45,686 nt of DNA. It comes from a virus. Its lineage: Duplodnaviria > Heunggongvirae > Uroviricota > Caudoviricetes. Shown here in pieces: positions 43,390 through 45,686 of the stretch. Under the pieces are notes generated by a model that worked only from the letters and a program-made list of their open reading frames with translations, did not search any database and was not told where the DNA came from. Location of the stretch: the IMG/VR virus record IMGVR_UViG_2718217885_000013. The stretch is one strand, 5' to 3'. The first letter of the stretch is position 1, and every line of letters begins with the position of its first letter. The position numbers and the translations under genes were made by a program.

Positions 43390-43469
43390 CAACCACGGAA
43401 TGCATTTTTCTGGCAGCGGGCTTCATATTCTGTGTGCTTATGCTTGCCGACATGGGACTTGTTCAATGA
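43386..43469 (+). CDS. Possible 27-aa hydrophobic micro-protein
   Basis: MTTTECIFLAAGFIFCVLMLADMGLVQ; start overlaps the methyltransferase stop and its stop overlaps the next start (both ATGA); read by hand. Confidence 0.3.
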   Translation: MTTTECIFLAAGFIFCVLMLADMGLVQ

Positions 43470-43681
43470 CACCTCAGCACGAAAACGCCCTTCGCAGCAT
43501 TGCCCGTCAGGCTAATTCTGAAATCAAAAAAGCCAGACAGCAGTTTCCGGATAAAAACGTCGATGACATTTGCCGTAGCGTACTAAAGAAGCACCGCGAA
43601 ACGGTAACGCTGATGGGATTCACACCGACTCATTTAAGCCTGGCGATCGGCATGTTAAACGGCGTCTTTAAGGAACGGTGA
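43466..43681 (+). CDS. Hypothetical 71-aa protein
   Basis: ATG-initiated part of the track ORF 43367-43681, from MTPQHENALRSIARQ. Confidence 0.5.
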   Translation: MTPQHENALRSIARQANSEIKKARQQFPDKNVDDICRSVLKKHRETVTLMGFTPTHLSLAIGMLNGVFKER

Positions 43682-43703
43682 ACATGAAAAGCAAAATCAT
43701 CAG

Positions 43704-43726
43704 GGAGCTACAGGCTCCTTTTTTAT
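43704..43726 (+). terminator. Intrinsic terminator after the exo-methyltransferase block
   Basis: GGAGC-tacag-GCTCC followed by TTTTTTATT. Confidence 0.45.
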
Positions 43727-43779
43727 TGTTCGCATTCATCCTCAAGCGTATTAACCAACAATTCAGGGATTAATGGAAG

Positions 43780-43998
43780 ATGGCAGACATCATTGATTCG
43801 GCATCAGAAATCGAAGAATTACAGCGCAATACAGCAATAAAAATGCGTCGTCTGAACTACCAGACTGTATCCGCAACTCATTGTTGTGAGTGTGGCGATC
43901 CGATAGATGAGCGAAGACGCCTGGCTGTTCAGGGTTGTCGGACTTGTGCAAGTTGCCAGGAGGAGATCGAACTTAAGAACAAACAATGGGGACTGTGA
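43780..43998 (+). CDS. TraR/DksA-family C4 zinc-finger protein
   Basis: 72 aa with the CxxC-N17-CxxC spacing (CCECGDPIDERRRLAVQGCRTCASC). Confidence 0.8.
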   Translation: MADIIDSASEIEELQRNTAIKMRRLNYQTVSATHCCECGDPIDERRRLAVQGCRTCASCQEEIELKNKQWGL

Positions 43999-44045
43999 TG
44001 GCCTCAAAGCAGCAAATTTCAACATCGTCCAACTGAGGTGTAAAA

Positions 44046-44324
44046 ATGTTCAGAATCATTTTTCCTAACACCTGGTACGTCGACCACCACGGCACTCCCT
44101 GCAAAATCCTGCGTTCTACCCACAACAAAGTTCACTACATCCGAAAAGGCAGAACATGTATCGCCAGCATGTTCCGCTTTAATCATGACTTTGAACCTGT
44201 GAATAAAGCTGATGCAGATCGGATAGCAGAAGAGATCGAAACGGCAGAACACATTAAGAAGTTACGTGACATGCGTTCAAAAAGCAGAGGTAACCATGGA
44301 ATCATACAGCCTCACACTCGATGA
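44046..44324 (+). CDS. Hypothetical phage protein
   Basis: 92-aa ORF; no family recognised. Confidence 0.5.
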   Translation: MFRIIFPNTWYVDHHGTPCKILRSTHNKVHYIRKGRTCIASMFRFNHDFEPVNKADADRIAEEIETAEHIKKLRDMRSKSRGNHGIIQPHTR

Positions 44325-44667
44325 GGCCTGTCAGTTTCTTAAGATATCCAGACCAACCGCCACCAACTGGATACGAACAGGCCGCCTACAGGCAACACGT
44401 AAAGATCCAACCAAGCCAAAATCTCCTTACCTCACAACACGGCAAGCCTGCATTGCGGCGCTTCAGTCTCCGCTGCATACTGTCCAGGTGAGCGCGGGTG
44501 ATGGCATAACAGAGGAAAGAAAATGTCACTCTTCCGCAGAAATGAAATATGGTATGCCTCGTATTCGCTCCCGGGCGGGAAACGAATTAAGGAATCTCTT
44601 GGCACAAAGGACAAGCGGCAAGCTCAGGAGTTGCACGACAAGCGAAAAGCAGAACTCTGGCGAGTAG
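44296..44667 (+). CDS. xis: Excisionase-like HTH protein; 3' end overlaps int, true C-terminus uncertain
   Basis: [31 protein letters not shown] is a typical Xis/AlpA-type HTH; GAGG Shine-Dalgarno; immediately upstream of int. Confidence 0.6.
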   Translation: MESYSLTLDEACQFLKISRPTATNWIRTGRLQATRKDPTKPKSPYLTTRQACIAALQSPLHTVQVSAGDGITEERKCHSSAEMKYGMPRIRSRAGNELRNLLAQRTSGKLRSCTTSEKQNSGE

Positions 44668-45686
44668 AAAAGCTAGGGGATTTACCTGATGTCACTTTTG
44701 AAGAGGCCTGCCTAAGATGGCTTGAGGAAAAAGCTGATAAAAAATCTCTCGATTCAGATAAAAGCCGGATTGAGTTCTGGCTTGAACATTTTGAGGGTAT
44801 AAGGCTTAAAGATATCTCGGAGGCAAAGATTTACTCTGCTGTAAGCAGAATGCATAACAGAAAGACGAAAGAAATATGGAAACAGAAAGTTCAGGCCGCC
44901 ATCAGGAAAGGTAAAGAACTGCCTGTTTATGAACCAAAGCCAGTATCAACTCAGACAAAGGCAAAGCATCTTGCCATGATAAAGGCCATTCTCCGTGCTG
45001 CAGAACGCGACTGGAAGTGGCTGGAAAAAGCGCCTGTCATCAAGATACCAGCGGTCAGAAACAAGCGAGTCAGATGGCTGGAAAAGGAGGAAGCAAAACG
45101 CCTTATTGATGAGTGCCCCGAACCACTGAAATCTGTCGTCAAGTTTGCGCTGGCAACTGGTCTGAGAAAGTCGAACATCATAAATCTGGAATGGCAACAA
45201 ATCGACATGCAGCGACGAGTTGCCTGGGTGAATCCAGAAGAGAGCAAATCAAACCGCGCCATTGGTGTGGCGCTGAACGATACCGCCTGTAAAGTGTTGC
45301 GTGATCAAATAGGCAAGCATCACAAATGGGTGTTTGTACATACCAAGGCGGCTAAGCGAGCAGATGGAACATCAACGCCTGCGGTCAGGAAGATGCGCAT
45401 CGACAGCAAGACATCATGGCTATCAGCTTGTCGTCGTGCAGGAATTGAAGATTTCCGTTTCCATGACCTCAGACACACCTGGGCAAGCTGGCTGATCCAG
45501 TCAGGCGTCCCATTATCTGTGCTTCAGGAAATGGGCGGATGGGAGTCCATAGAAATGGTTCGTAGGTATGCTCACCTTGCGCCTAATCATTTGACAGAGC
45601 ATGCAAGGAAAATAGACGACATTTTTGGTGATAATGTCCCAAATATGTCCCACTGTGGAATTATGGAGGATATAAAGAAGGCGTAA
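44523..45686 (+). CDS. intD: Tyrosine integrase (DLP12 IntD-like)
   Basis: 387 aa; C-terminal catalytic residues (R...HDLRHTWAS...Y); translation matches remembered IntD; stop at the window edge. Confidence 0.95.
   Translation: MSLFRRNEIWYASYSLPGGKRIKESLGTKDKRQAQELHDKRKAELWRVEKLGDLPDVTFEEACLRWLEEKADKKSLDSDKSRIEFWLEHFEGIRLKDISEAKIYSAVSRMHNRKTKEIWKQKVQAAIRKGKELPVYEPKPVSTQTKAKHLAMIKAILRAAERDWKWLEKAPVIKIPAVRNKRVRWLEKEEAKRLIDECPEPLKSVVKFALATGLRKSNIINLEWQQIDMQRRVAWVNPEESKSNRAIGVALNDTACKVLRDQIGKHHKWVFVHTKAAKRADGTSTPAVRKMRIDSKTSWLSACRRAGIEDFRFHDLRHTWASWLIQSGVPLSVLQEMGGWESIEMVRRYAHLAPNHLTEHARKIDDIFGDNVPNMSHCGIMEDIKKA

Noticed and set aside
43683-43772. 29-codon ORF after the 71-aa gene
   Set aside because: Its sequence is dominated by a hairpin plus T-run that looks like an intrinsic terminator; more likely non-coding

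Overview
The window is almost entirely one lambdoid prophage of the Escherichia coli DLP12/lambda type, lying inverted relative to the usual lambda map. From right to left it runs int-xis, an accessory early-left block (TraR-like protein, Dam-like methyltransferase, exo-bet-gam), the immunity region (PL/OL, a lipoprotein in the rex position, cI, OR, YdaS-like Cro analogue, YdaT-like protein), replication genes O (with ori iterons) and P, a ren remnant, a variable moron slot, the nin-like block (ybcN-ninE-ybcO-rusA), Q, an intact nmpC porin gene, the phage-21-type lysis cassette (pinholin S, SAR endolysin R, Rz/Rz1), bor/ybcV/ybcW/ylcI, an IS3 copy with a 3-bp target duplication, cos, then the complete lambda-like head and tail gene set (Nu1 to J), lom, stf, tfa, a ybcY-like methyltransferase ORF flanked by tfa-derived direct repeats, and appY at the left edge. 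Unlike the K-12 DLP12 remnant, all morphogenetic and replication modules look intact, so this may be an inducible phage. Both att sites lie outside the window. I recognise no novel multi-gene system; the best candidates for undescribed biology are the moron slot between ren and ybcN (secreted protein, about 630 bp with no convincing ORF, a 66-aa ORF), the BamE-like lipoprotein in the rex position, and a large hairpin at the start of the PL transcript in a phage with no recognisable N gene. All protein identifications are from reading the supplied translations against remembered lambda/K-12 sequences; nothing was searched or computed, and hand-counted coordinates of small sites may be off by 1-2 nt.
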